Shown: positions 45,689 to 54,450 of the stretch, piece by piece
Numbering within the stretch: position 1 is the first letter of the stretch
Layout: each line of letters starts with the position of its first letter
NCBI GenBank assembly: GCA_964362175.1
Contig: CAYIDD010000003.1
Location: 22,430 to 76,915 of the forward strand
Origin: an uncultured Candidatus Saccharibacteria bacterium
GTDB taxonomy: Bacteria > Patescibacteriota > Minisyncoccia > Phycocordibacterales > UBA2100
DNA length: 54,486 bases
Reading direction: 5' to 3'
Made by a program: the position numbers and the translations under genes
Notes under the pieces: model-generated
Told to the model about the DNA's origin: nothing
The model's input: only the letters and a program-made list of their open reading frames with translations
Database searches by the model: none

Positions 45689-45760
45689 TGCTCCCGGTAG
45701 GAATCGAACCTACATTTCAACCTCCGCAAGGTTATGTCCTATCCATTGAACGACGGGAGC
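45689..45760 (-). tRNA. tRNA-Arg(GCG)
   Basis: The reverse complement folds as acceptor gctcccg/cgggagc, anticodon stem taacc/ggttg, loop ttGCGga and T-arm gtagg-ttcgatt-cctac. No CCA is encoded. Confidence 0.85.
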
Positions 45761-45927
45761 TATGGAGGAGTGACATGTGAAAGCTTTGCTTTCACATGTT
45801 CTCCGACTGACGCTTCCGCACGGGCGTACGGGAGCTAACGAAAGAAATGTAACATATTTTCTCGTTTCTCCACATTTTTCATGAATTCGGTATTGCGGAG
45901 AGGTCTCTGTGGCCCCATGATTGCGAT

Positions 45928-48078
45928 ATGTTCCGATCCGCAAAACGCGGCTACTCTGTATTGCCTGCACTGGTTCTCGTTGCGGTCTTGGGGTTTGTGG
46001 CGGCGGGAGTGGAGTATGGATCTCCAACGATCAACAAGGCCGCACTCACCGCCGCCGTCGATGCAAATGTTGGAACTCCGGCAACTACCCCAGCGCCCAG
46101 CAGTGAAAAAGTCGATTTGAAGGCCGAGACCGTTACTTGTAACGGGGCGCAAGTCACCGTTGGGTATGCATGTACTCAAAAGGGGAAAACATCCGAATTG
46201 AAAACTTTACAGCAGACATGCCAGCCTGGGTTTTCGTATGAAATACGCGAGAAAGATGGCGAGGCCACAATAACGCCCAAAGCTGACAGACCCACTTCAT
46301 GCGGACGTGTGGCGAAATGCCCTGACAGGTCCGAAGCGAGGCGGGGAATTGTGGAAATTGGGCAGAAATGTGAAGTGAAGTACTGTCCCCCTGAAGGGAT
46401 AAAAGGTGACTGCAAAAAGGTGGGGGATGTTAATCCTGGCGAGAATTTGGGAGTGGCGGATAAAAGGGCGACCGGTCTTGCCAGTTTAATTAAGGACTCA
46501 ACTCCCGAGGATGCTCAAAAGATCATGCAACAAGTCCCGGCAGCTGATCGGCCTGGTTTAAGGGATGCTTTTGCTGCCGAGGGAGCAAAAATCGAGGATG
46601 CGCGGACGGCAAAGGCTGCAGACGTTGCCTCGGCGCAACAGAGACTAGAACAAATCATCAAGAACTGTGAGTTCGATGGAGCGGTTTGTACTCCCGAGGC
46701 CAACCCTTCAGTGAAAGAGGCGCAGGATGGGTTGGATGCAGAGAATAAACGGCTTAAGGAACTTGAGCAGCAGAAGGACAGGCTTGCAGCGGCGCAGGTA
46801 GCTCTCCAGCCGGGTCGGCCAGACCCCAACAAGCCTTACTATTTGGAACAAACGGACGAGAGCGGTCGAAAACTGTGGTGCGATCAGAACGGGAATTGCA
46901 AACCCGCAGACCAATTTACTCCGCCTCCCGGACAAGGCGGATCTTCGTCGGGGGCCGGTGGATGTCAAGACGGCAAATGCACAGCGGGAGATATCGTACC
47001 AAAAGATTTTCATTGTATTAGGAGCGTACAGCCGGTCATTGTTCATCCGGTTAAGGCGGGCTCGGTATTTCCTACAGGCTGTTACAACGATCGCAATGCA
47101 CCGCCGATCAGCACATTTCCGTCTGGTCCCCGCAATACCACCGGGTTTGGGGGCGGTTCCGGCGCTGGTTCCCTAGGCTCGCTCTTGAGCGGTCTTGCGA
47201 AAGCGCTGGGTGGGGCGATGGGCGCACCTCAACCGCCGAAACAGCCCCCACAGACGTGTTCGACCGACCCGAATATCTACGCGCAGCAACAACAGCAATA
47301 TCAGCAGGCGCAACAGCAGTACAACTACCAGTTGCAGCAGTACAACTATCAGCAACAGATGCAACGGTACAACAGTAGTTACTACGGTTCTCAGAACTAC
47401 ACATCACTGCCACCGCAGCCTGTACAGCCGCAGCCCTGTAACCCATCGACAGGCCAGCAGTGCACCGCGCAGCCTGCGCAACCGCCCGCGTCCAGTTGCT
47501 CCGTTGGCTATTGGAAACCGACGTACAATGGCGTCTGTATAACGAACTGGCAGTGCACATCGGTCGAGCAGCTCAAGGCCGAGATCTCCTGCCAGCCCAA
47601 AGTCGCTGATGCCGGTATGACCCTCGCTATCTCGTACGCATGTTCCTCAGGCACCGCGACGAGCAGCGCATTTCAAGTCACGACACAACCATCCGGCTCG
47701 GCGACGACGACCGTCGCCTCGCCCCCCGCTGGCACCAATGCCGCTACCTACGGAATCACCTGTGTTGACGGGGGCAAAACCGCAGGCGCCCAGTGTTCGA
47801 TACAGGTAAGTAAGGCGTTCATCATTCTCGTGGGTAATCCAAAGACCGTGAAAGCGAACGGTACCTCGCTCCTCGGCTGGATCACGACCGGTATGAAATC
47901 ATGCGTCGTATCGAGCCCCGATCAGGCGGATTTCACCGCGCGCAATTTCTTCAATACGAGTCCGAGCGGCACCGCGACGACTTCACCGATTTCTTCGCAG
48001 GCAACATTCCTTTTGCACTGCGAGACTCTCGCTGGTGGTACGAAAGATGCGACGACCACGATCTCGATCGCTCAGTAG
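45928..48078 (+). CDS. large secreted protein with a Q/N/Y-rich tract and C-terminal Ig-like repeats
   Basis: N-terminal anchor VLPALVLVAVLGFVAAGV, Cys-rich segments, a Q/N-rich tract at nt 47281-47400, and two C-terminal repeats of the pattern ..SC.V.S....SGSAT......C... Confidence 0.65.
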   Translation: MFRSAKRGYSVLPALVLVAVLGFVAAGVEYGSPTINKAALTAAVDANVGTPATTPAPSSEKVDLKAETVTCNGAQVTVGYACTQKGKTSELKTLQQTCQPGFSYEIREKDGEATITPKADRPTSCGRVAKCPDRSEARRGIVEIGQKCEVKYCPPEGIKGDCKKVGDVNPGENLGVADKRATGLASLIKDSTPEDAQKIMQQVPAADRPGLRDAFAAEGAKIEDARTAKAADVASAQQRLEQIIKNCEFDGAVCTPEANPSVKEAQDGLDAENKRLKELEQQKDRLAAAQVALQPGRPDPNKPYYLEQTDESGRKLWCDQNGNCKPADQFTPPPGQGGSSSGAGGCQDGKCTAGDIVPKDFHCIRSVQPVIVHPVKAGSVFPTGCYNDRNAPPISTFPSGPRNTTGFGGGSGAGSLGSLLSGLAKALGGAMGAPQPPKQPPQTCSTDPNIYAQQQQQYQQAQQQYNYQLQQYNYQQQMQRYNSSYYGSQNYTSLPPQPVQPQPCNPSTGQQCTAQPAQPPASSCSVGYWKPTYNGVCITNWQCTSVEQLKAEISCQPKVADAGMTLAISYACSSGTATSSAFQVTTQPSGSATTTVASPPAGTNAATYGITCVDGGKTAGAQCSIQVSKAFIILVGNPKTVKANGTSLLGWITTGMKSCVVSSPDQADFTARNFFNTSPSGTATTSPISSQATFLLHCETLAGGTKDATTTISIAQ

Positions 48079-48085
48079 CCGCGAT

Positions 48086-48556
48086 CTATAGTCCGAAAAA
48101 TTCCAGTATCTTGTGTGCGATCGGCTCTTTCATCGGTACCTCATTCGCGTGTTCGCGGAGGTATGTGCGCACTGCATGAGGATCGATATTCTCAAGGGGG
48201 ATAACAAGGTTGGGCGCCATGATCTTGGTGGTGTCGACGAGCAGCGTCGGATGCGCTCCGTTCTCTTCTTCAACCCAGAATGAAATAATTTCCTCAAAAC
48301 GGTGCAAAGTGCCTCCGACGCGTATCCCGCGGTCGGAAACCTCGAACTGTACGAGGTTCGGCGGCACTTTGGCGAGCATACCGAGCACGGTCGCCGCGAT
48401 GAGAATGAGTAGCCCGAACAGAATGTCGTGGAAAAGAACGCTGGTGAGTGCAACGGAAACCGCCACGATCCCGAGCGCCCAAAACCAGTCACTCCCGCGC
48501 GGGATGTGTTCGTGTTCGTATGCGCTCCAGCGCAGCACCGTTCGTGATGGCGGCAT
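48086..48556 (-). CDS. hypothetical membrane protein (2 TM)
   Basis: Two adjacent hydrophobic helices (WFWALGIVAVSVALTSVLF and ILFGLLILIAATVLGML) followed by a soluble C-terminal domain. Confidence 0.55.
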   Translation of the reverse strand: MPPSRTVLRWSAYEHEHIPRGSDWFWALGIVAVSVALTSVLFHDILFGLLILIAATVLGMLAKVPPNLVQFEVSDRGIRVGGTLHRFEEIISFWVEEENGAHPTLLVDTTKIMAPNLVIPLENIDPHAVRTYLREHANEVPMKEPIAHKILEFFGL

Positions 48557-48617
48557 GACAAAATCATTCTATCATTCTGCGCATGCGCGGGATCGGCTAA
48601 CATGGTACAACGATGCC

Positions 48618-48707
48618 GGAGGGGTGCCAGAGTGGTCTAATGGAACAGTCTTGAAAACTGTCGTCTCGGAAACGGGACCGTGAGTTCGAATCTCACCCCC
48701 TCCGCCA
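48618..48707 (+). tRNA. tRNA-Ser(UGA) with encoded CCA
   Basis: Acceptor ggagggg/cccctcc, anticodon loop ctTGAaa, long variable arm, T-arm gtgag-ttcgaat-ctcac, then g-cca. Confidence 0.9.
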
Positions 48708-49175
48708 ATGAAAGAAAAACCGAATGAAATAAGAATATCTTGGGCTCGGCTTGAGAAGCTTGCGGACGTGCTTGTCGCGCAGGTCACGGGAAGCGGTTTT
48801 AAACCCGATCACATAATCGGCATTTCAATGGGCGGACTTATTCCGCTTGCGCTCGTTGCAAGAAAACTCGGCATAGGAAGTGTTTCGACAGTGTCGGCTT
48901 CTTCGTACCATGAAAACACAAAAGAGAAGGGAGAGGTCGTCGTAACAGGTTTCTCCGATACGTTTGTGCGCGGGAAACGCATTCTCCTTGTGGACGAGAT
49001 CGCTGATACGGGGGAGACGCTCAAGGCGGTATCAAAGATCCTGAAGGAGCAGTGTGGCGCACACGATCTGCGCACGGGAACGCTCACGGTGAACAAGGCG
49101 CACTGCCGCACGCATCCGGATTTCTCTGCTCTTGAAGTAGACGCATGGGTCGTTTTCCCATGGGATACGAAATAG
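48708..49175 (+). CDS. purine phosphoribosyltransferase (Gpt/Hpt-like)
   Basis: PRPP-binding motif ILLVDEIADTGETL. It starts immediately after the tRNA-Ser CCA. Confidence 0.8.
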   Translation: MKEKPNEIRISWARLEKLADVLVAQVTGSGFKPDHIIGISMGGLIPLALVARKLGIGSVSTVSASSYHENTKEKGEVVVTGFSDTFVRGKRILLVDEIADTGETLKAVSKILKEQCGAHDLRTGTLTVNKAHCRTHPDFSALEVDAWVVFPWDTK

Positions 49176-49177
49176 AT

Positions 49178-49519
49178 ATGAACACCTACGGTGGCATTGT
49201 GCAAAAGGGCACGAAGCGCGCGGCAGATCTTGGATATCGTACGATCAATATTCCTTTGAACGACAGAACGGTGTCAGGGATCTATGTGGCGAAGGTAAAA
49301 GTGGGCGATGAGGAATATGAAGCCGCCGCGTATGCCGATCGAAAAAGGAAGGTCTTGGAAGCGCACCTGCTCGATTTTTCGGCTGACCTCTATGGATGGA
49401 ATGTGACAATAGAATTGTTGAAGAAAATACGGGGACACAAGAAATTTACAGATGGCGGGGATTTGCGGAGAGCTATCACGGACGACGTCGCCGCAGTCCG
49501 CGCGTATTTTCGAAAGTAG
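49178..49519 (+). CDS. stand-alone riboflavin kinase domain protein
   Basis: G.V..G...[10 protein letters not shown]...SGIYV..V......Y........[15 protein letters not shown] matches the RibF C-terminal domain pattern. ATG at 49178. Confidence 0.72.
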   Translation: MNTYGGIVQKGTKRAADLGYRTINIPLNDRTVSGIYVAKVKVGDEEYEAAAYADRKRKVLEAHLLDFSADLYGWNVTIELLKKIRGHKKFTDGGDLRRAITDDVAAVRAYFRK

Positions 49520-49644
49520 AACGGAACTATGTCGACATGACGCCTTGTCGCGATGCTGAAGCTCTCCCGCGTGAAATCGAGATGAGAAGCGGGGTACGAC
49601 CGCACGGGTGTGACGTGGCGAAGCACACGGTGTACTCTAGTCCA

Positions 49645-50052
49645 ATGACCCGCATTATGGTTTTTGGTACATTTGATATGGTCCACGAAGGCCATGCAGA
49701 TCTTTTCAGGCAGGCGCGTTCGCTGGCCGAAGATCCGCATCTGATAGTTTCCGTCGCGCGCGATTCAAGTGTTGTGCGGGTGAAAGGTGCGATGCCAAAG
49801 CACGGAGAGGTTGAACGTCTTGCGATCGTACAAAACAGCGCACTCGTCGACGAAACGGTGCTCGGCGATGAAGTGGGATATCTCGCGCACATTCTTGCGG
49901 CAAACCCGGACATCATTGCGCTCGGCTACGATCAGGAAGGGGAATATGTCGAAAGTTTGCAGCGTGACTTGGGAAATGCCGACCTTTCGACGAAAGTGGT
50001 GAGATTGGAAGCCTATCAGCCGGACAAATTTAAGACTTCGAAGCTCATATGA
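49645..50052 (+). CDS. cytidylyltransferase-fold FMN adenylyltransferase, archaeal RibL-like
   Basis: [15 protein letters not shown] (HxGH motif), LIVSVARD and [11 protein letters not shown] closely parallel my recollection of M. jannaschii RibL. ATG at 49645. Confidence 0.7.
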   Translation: MTRIMVFGTFDMVHEGHADLFRQARSLAEDPHLIVSVARDSSVVRVKGAMPKHGEVERLAIVQNSALVDETVLGDEVGYLAHILAANPDIIALGYDQEGEYVESLQRDLGNADLSTKVVRLEAYQPDKFKTSKLI

Positions 50053-50444
50053 AATACCTCGGTATAGACTATGGTTCAAGGCGTGTCGGTGTTGCCGTTT
50101 CGGATGCTGAAGGCACGATCGCGTTCCCACGCATGACCCTCGTGAATGACGATCAACTCTTCGCACGTCTTCGCGAGGTGATAGAAAAAGAACACATCGG
50201 AATGCTCGTCGTTGGCGACACGCGCTCGCATGGCGGCGTCGATAATCCCGTTACTCCGGAAGCCGAAGCATTTGTCGCGACGCTCGAGCGGGAAACAAAA
50301 CTGCCCGTTGAGCGCGTGTGGGAAATGTGGAGTTCTATTGAAGCCTCGCGCTATGCTCCCGAAGGGAAGGAGCACGACGACGCGGCCGCGGCGGCTATTA
50401 TCTTGCAGCGGTATTTAGATATTCGCTCTGGTACGGTAGAGTGA
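50049..50444 (+). CDS. ruvX: YqgF/RuvX putative pre-16S rRNA nuclease
   Basis: [19 protein letters not shown] start. The gene start overlaps the previous stop (ATGA). Confidence 0.9.
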   Translation: MKYLGIDYGSRRVGVAVSDAEGTIAFPRMTLVNDDQLFARLREVIEKEHIGMLVVGDTRSHGGVDNPVTPEAEAFVATLERETKLPVERVWEMWSSIEASRYAPEGKEHDDAAAAAIILQRYLDIRSGTVE

Positions 50445-50448
50445 TCTT

Positions 50449-50781
50449 ATGACAGACGAGATCTCATACGACGATTTTGCGAAGCTCGATATCAGGATCG
50501 GAACGGTTGTGGCTGCGGAATTGGTGCCGGAGACCGATAAACTCATCAAATGCACGATCGATTTTGGAGACATGGGGCAGCGGACGATCGTTTCGGGGAT
50601 CGCGCAGTGGAAAAAACCGGAGGAGCTTGTAGGGCGTCAGTTGCCCTACATCGTGAACCTCGCCCCGCGGACACTCCGCGGGATTGAAAGTCAGGGCATG
50701 TTGCTTGCGGCAAGCGATGAGAATGGTGTCGCGCTCATTAATCCGGAACGCACCGTCCTCGCTGGCACCAAGTTGCGCTGA
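50449..50781 (+). CDS. tRNA-binding (CsaA/EMAP-type OB-fold) protein
   Basis: F.KLDIRIGTVVAAE......KLIKC.IDFG....RTIVSGIA pattern. Confidence 0.8.
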   Translation: MTDEISYDDFAKLDIRIGTVVAAELVPETDKLIKCTIDFGDMGQRTIVSGIAQWKKPEELVGRQLPYIVNLAPRTLRGIESQGMLLAASDENGVALINPERTVLAGTKLR

Positions 50782-50803
50782 TTCGTTGCTATACTTATTG
50801 ACG

Positions 50804-51940
50804 ATGAAGTTGTTTGGTCCGACCTCCCAAGCCGCAGAGAGTATACATAAGGCTTCGCACACGCTTGCGCGATGGTTTCCTACGCCCGAGCTCATACTCC
50901 CGCGCGCAGCGGGCATCGATATTTCGGATGCGTCCGTGAAATGGATCGTACTTGCCCCGCGTAGTGACGGGTATTGCGTTGAGACATACGGAGAGGAGCC
51001 GATCCCGCCGGGGACGGTCGTCAACGGCAACGTCAAGAATGTTGAGGTGCTCGGACAGAGTCTTCGGAATGTCAAAAAACGTCTTGGCGGTATCGAATGC
51101 GCTCACTCAGCGTTGCCAGAGGAAACAGCGTACATCTTTGAGATGAATGTGCCCGAAGGGTCATCACGTAAAGAGATCATGAATATGATCGAATTTGAGT
51201 TTGAGGGCCGCGTTCCGATCGGCCCAGATGCCGCGGTATTTGATTTTGATGTTATCCCCGAGCGCGGGGTGGGAAAAGAGATCGGGGTTGTGGTGTTTCC
51301 GCGCGAGCTTGCCGAAAGTTATGGGGCGGCGTTTGGCGCAGCAGGCATCAACCTTCTCTCTCTTGAAGTCGAGGCACGTTCTATCGCGCGTGCGGTCTCA
51401 AAAAACATTCCCAATGAGCCCATCACACTGCTCGTCGATTTTGGTCGCGCACGCACCGGTTTTGCCGTATTAAAACGCGGTATTCCGATATTTACTTCGA
51501 CCGTTGAGGTGGGTGGTGACACGGTCACGAAGGCGCTCAGGGAGAAACTATCGCTCTCCGAGCAGGATTCCGTTACTTTCAAAAATGAGCAGGGACTCCA
51601 GTCTACGGGCAACGCAAAATCCCCGGGGCTTGAGGCCGTTACCGCAGCCGCTTCCGTACTTGCCGACGAGGTAGCACGCCACTACCACTATTGGGACACT
51701 CGTCGCAACGACCAGGGGGAACGCATGACGCCGGTAGGACAGGTAATTCTGGTCGGAGGGAGTTCAAATTTGAAGGGACTCTCGGATTATATTGCGGGAC
51801 GTATTCAGGCCAACACCACGCTTGGAAATGTGTGGCAGCACGTATGTTCTTTTGAAGAATACATTCCTCCGATCAACAAACGTGCGTCACTTCAGTACGC
51901 GACAGCCATAGGCTTGGCGCTGCGCCAATATTCTTTATGA
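50804..51940 (+). CDS. pilM: type IV pilus assembly protein PilM (actin-like ATPase fold)
   Basis: ATG at 50804. AGIDISDASVKWIVL, LLVDFGRARTGFAV and ILVGGSSNLKGL motifs. Confidence 0.8.
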   Translation: MKLFGPTSQAAESIHKASHTLARWFPTPELILPRAAGIDISDASVKWIVLAPRSDGYCVETYGEEPIPPGTVVNGNVKNVEVLGQSLRNVKKRLGGIECAHSALPEETAYIFEMNVPEGSSRKEIMNMIEFEFEGRVPIGPDAAVFDFDVIPERGVGKEIGVVVFPRELAESYGAAFGAAGINLLSLEVEARSIARAVSKNIPNEPITLLVDFGRARTGFAVLKRGIPIFTSTVEVGGDTVTKALREKLSLSEQDSVTFKNEQGLQSTGNAKSPGLEAVTAAASVLADEVARHYHYWDTRRNDQGERMTPVGQVILVGGSSNLKGLSDYIAGRIQANTTLGNVWQHVCSFEEYIPPINKRASLQYATAIGLALRQYSL

Positions 51941-52461
51941 GCAATGTGCTCCCCCGTGATATGCAAAAGACGGTATGGCGGATGTATCGCGCACGGTTCA
52001 TTGTGGCGGGATCATTGATCGCGCTCGGAACGGCGCTCATTGCGGGGTTAGCGCTCCTGCCGATATATGTAGCACTTCATGCGGGAGAAGTCTCAACATC
52101 GGCGTCTTCGCGTGAAGTAAAAAATTCCGAAGTGCAAGCGGTCCGCACGGAAATCCTGCGTGCCCAATCTCTTCTTTCGACACTCGCCCCGTTTGCGCCG
52201 GCCACCACGACCCCCTCCGAGGCAATTGGCGCGGCGCTCTCACTTCGTCCCAAGGGTATCTTGGTCGATCGCATCAGCTATACGCCGGACATTCGGGGCG
52301 AAATTGTGATCGTCGGACTCGCGCCGACGCGCGACGCGATCAATGTGTATCGACAGACGCTTCAGGCGGACCGGCATTTTAAAACTGTCTCGGTCCCTAT
52401 TGGCGATCTTGCCGGTACCCAGGACGGCCGGTTTTCCGTGACGTTGCTCGGTGATTTTTGA
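51937..52461 (+). CDS. PilN-like bitopic membrane protein
   Basis: ATGA overlap with pilM, one N-terminal TM helix, and the position typical of pilN. Confidence 0.5.
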   Translation: MSNVLPRDMQKTVWRMYRARFIVAGSLIALGTALIAGLALLPIYVALHAGEVSTSASSREVKNSEVQAVRTEILRAQSLLSTLAPFAPATTTPSEAIGAALSLRPKGILVDRISYTPDIRGEIVIVGLAPTRDAINVYRQTLQADRHFKTVSVPIGDLAGTQDGRFSVTLLGDF

Positions 52462-52465
52462 TGAT

Positions 52466-53023
52466 ATGAAACTCGACCTCAGATACATTGGATGGCCCCT
52501 GCTTTTGCTCACGGTACTCGTGTGGGTGGGTGTGGGTATGTTCGCACAGACTATTCTCGCTGATGAAGAGAGTCAGGTTTTTCGAATGCAGCAAACGCAG
52601 GAGGCGGAGAATAAAGATGCAAGCACCATACGATTGCACGCGCTCGCGCAGGACACAGAGCAGAAACGCGGGCAGCTCGATGCCATTCTCCGCGTGGACG
52701 TTGTCTCCATCGTGGATATGATCGAGGCCGCGGGAAAGGCGGCCGGAGTAAAGCTCATCGTGAATAATGCGCAGCCCGAGAACACACCACTTCCGCAGAC
52801 GGCAAACGGGACTCAGGTGATCGTTACCGGCTTTGTTGTTGAAGCGCAGGGCACGTTTGCCTCGCTCATGCACCTCATTCGGTTATTCGAGACATTTCCG
52901 CTGCCCTCAAAGATCGGGCGATTTGACATGGAGCGCATAAGCGCCACGGGTCCGGGAACATCAGGAGGATGGCGCATAAATGCCCATATCCGCATTTTAA
53001 CAACCTCAGACACCTCCTCATGA
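52466..53023 (+). CDS. PilO-like bitopic membrane protein
   Basis: ATG at 52466 (the ORF-track start at 52451 is GTG). One TM helix and a coiled-coil segment, in a position after pilN. Confidence 0.45.
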   Translation: MKLDLRYIGWPLLLLTVLVWVGVGMFAQTILADEESQVFRMQQTQEAENKDASTIRLHALAQDTEQKRGQLDAILRVDVVSIVDMIEAAGKAAGVKLIVNNAQPENTPLPQTANGTQVIVTGFVVEAQGTFASLMHLIRLFETFPLPSKIGRFDMERISATGPGTSGGWRINAHIRILTTSDTSS

Positions 53024-53352
53024 AATTTGATATCAGCATGTTGGGCGCATTTGGTAGTGCGGTATCACATCGCCACGAACCCGAAGGGATCCGCGTGTTG
53101 TCCAATGTGTACTGGCGCGCGCTCATCGTCACGGCATTTCTCGTGACCGCATGCGTGCTTCTCTACAGCATCTGGGGGCTTATGCGGGTTTTGAATAATC
53201 TTGGCGCGACATCCGGCGCGTCCGCTCCACCACCATCCGCGCTCGATCGGGCGGCGCTTGATGCAACGGTGGCCGGATTTGAAAAGCGACAGGAGCAATT
53301 TGATCTGCTCAAAAAGAATCGGGGAACAGCGATCCCTGATCCCTCGCGTTGA
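53020..53352 (+). CDS. small bitopic membrane protein at the end of the pilMNO operon
   Basis: ATGA overlap at 53020 and one TM helix (ALIVTAFLVTACVLLYSIWGL). Confidence 0.45.
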   Translation: MKFDISMLGAFGSAVSHRHEPEGIRVLSNVYWRALIVTAFLVTACVLLYSIWGLMRVLNNLGATSGASAPPPSALDRAALDATVAGFEKRQEQFDLLKKNRGTAIPDPSR

Positions 53353-53390
53353 CCGCGGTGTCTTGTGCGGCTAGGATTGGGAAGCTCGCC

Positions 53391-53465
53391 GCCCTCGTAG
53401 TTCAATGGATAGAACTGCGGACTTCTAAGCCGTCAATGTTGGTTCGATTCCAACCGAGGGCACCA
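53391..53465 (+). tRNA. tRNA-Arg(UCU) with encoded CCA
   Basis: Acceptor gccctcg/cgagggc, D-arm gttc-aatggata-gaac, anticodon loop ctTCTaa (stem has one A.G and one G.U), T-arm gttgg-ttcgatt-ccaac, then a-cca. Confidence 0.82.
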
Positions 53466-53537
53466 CATAGGAAATTGCAAGGTGGAGCTCGCCGCCTCGC
53501 AGGGCGCGGCGGCTAAAACCCATTGCAGTTTCGGGCT
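53466..53537 (+). repeat. intergenic repeat family, copy B
   Basis: It starts 3 nt after the tRNA CCA with aggaaattgcaag, then gccgcctcgc..gcggcggc..ttgcagtttcgggct. gaaattgcaa pairs with ttgcagtttc to close a ~60-nt hairpin. Confidence 0.6.
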
Positions 53538-53639
53538 GAATTCGAATTGGCGATTTCGCTTTTGGGAAAAAGAAAACTTTTTGTCATACAGAATCAAAAA
53601 TTTTGAGTTTGTAATTTGCCAGCCCGCGACTACGTTTGT

Positions 53640-53667
53640 TTGACGTATCTAAAAATCATGGTATGAT
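53640..53667 (+). promoter_or_regulatory. extended -10 promoter
   Basis: TTGACG (53640-53645), a 16-nt spacer containing TGg, then TATGAT (53662-53667). Confidence 0.5.
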
Positions 53668-53747
53668 GACACTAGCTGTACCGTGGTGGTGCGGCTCTTT
53701 CAGAACTCGGAGAGTTCAAAGGAGCGGAGCTCCAGAAAGGACGTGTC

Positions 53748-54194
53748 ATGCAGTTCTTCAATAGGAAATCAAACGACGAGAAATTGCGGGACGAGTTGCC
53801 GTGGCTGTGGGCCCTCGACGATATGTGGTCGCCGCGCGCCAGAATCACGATGAATGACCTTACCGCTTCTTGGGAAACCTGGCTCGGTAATCCTTGGCGT
53901 AAGGGGGGCGAATGGTGGGCCAAGGCGCAATTCGGCGTTCTACATTGCGTCAGAAAACTCGAACTGGTGGGTGATCAGCAACGTCTAAGCTCTGAGGCTT
54001 TTCCGCCGCCCTTCAGTATTGCAAAGGCTGCGCTTGAAGCCTTCCCGCTCGGCGACGACATCGAATACGTCGTGTTGAAAACACTCTACGAGGTATCTGA
54101 CGGCAAATTCTACGAATATGTCGTCTTTCGTGCCCCACGACGCGGAGTGGAAAATCTAAGAAAGATTTTCGAACGGCTGACCATGGCCGTCTGA
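53748..54194 (+). CDS. orphan hypothetical protein (148 aa, W-rich N-terminal half)
   Basis: An aaagga RBS lies 6 nt upstream of the ATG. The gene has its own promoter and terminator and no recognisable motif. Confidence 0.5.
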   Translation: MQFFNRKSNDEKLRDELPWLWALDDMWSPRARITMNDLTASWETWLGNPWRKGGEWWAKAQFGVLHCVRKLELVGDQQRLSSEAFPPPFSIAKAALEAFPLGDDIEYVVLKTLYEVSDGKFYEYVVFRAPRRGVENLRKIFERLTMAV

Positions 54195-54246
54195 TCTCGA
54201 ACCGCACGCCGCCTGACATGTTGTGCAGGTCGCTCGGAGAATTCTC

Positions 54247-54275
54247 GTCCCCGGCTTCGGTCGGGGACTTTTTTG
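54247..54275 (+). terminator. intrinsic terminator
   Basis: gtccccg-gcttcggt-cggggac followed by ttttttg. Confidence 0.75.
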
Positions 54276-54321
54276 TGAAAGAACAAAATTGTGCGCTCTG
54301 CGCTCAAACCTAGTCCGCCAA

Positions 54322-54431
54322 AGAAAAACTTGATATTGTCAGCGGTGCGGCTTCGCCGCTCCGTTTTCCTGCGGGGGTTTTGCGCCGCCGGTGGGGGAGG
54401 GGTGCCAGGTTCGAGCTATTTCAAGTATTTT
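54322..54431 (+). repeat. intergenic repeat family, copy C
   Basis: GC-rich hairpins (gcggcttcgccgc; gcgccgccgg) are followed by caggttcgagctatttcaagtattt. That segment matches copy A at 24/25 positions. Confidence 0.55.
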
Positions 54432-54450
54432 GCACATCTTAAAAATGCGG

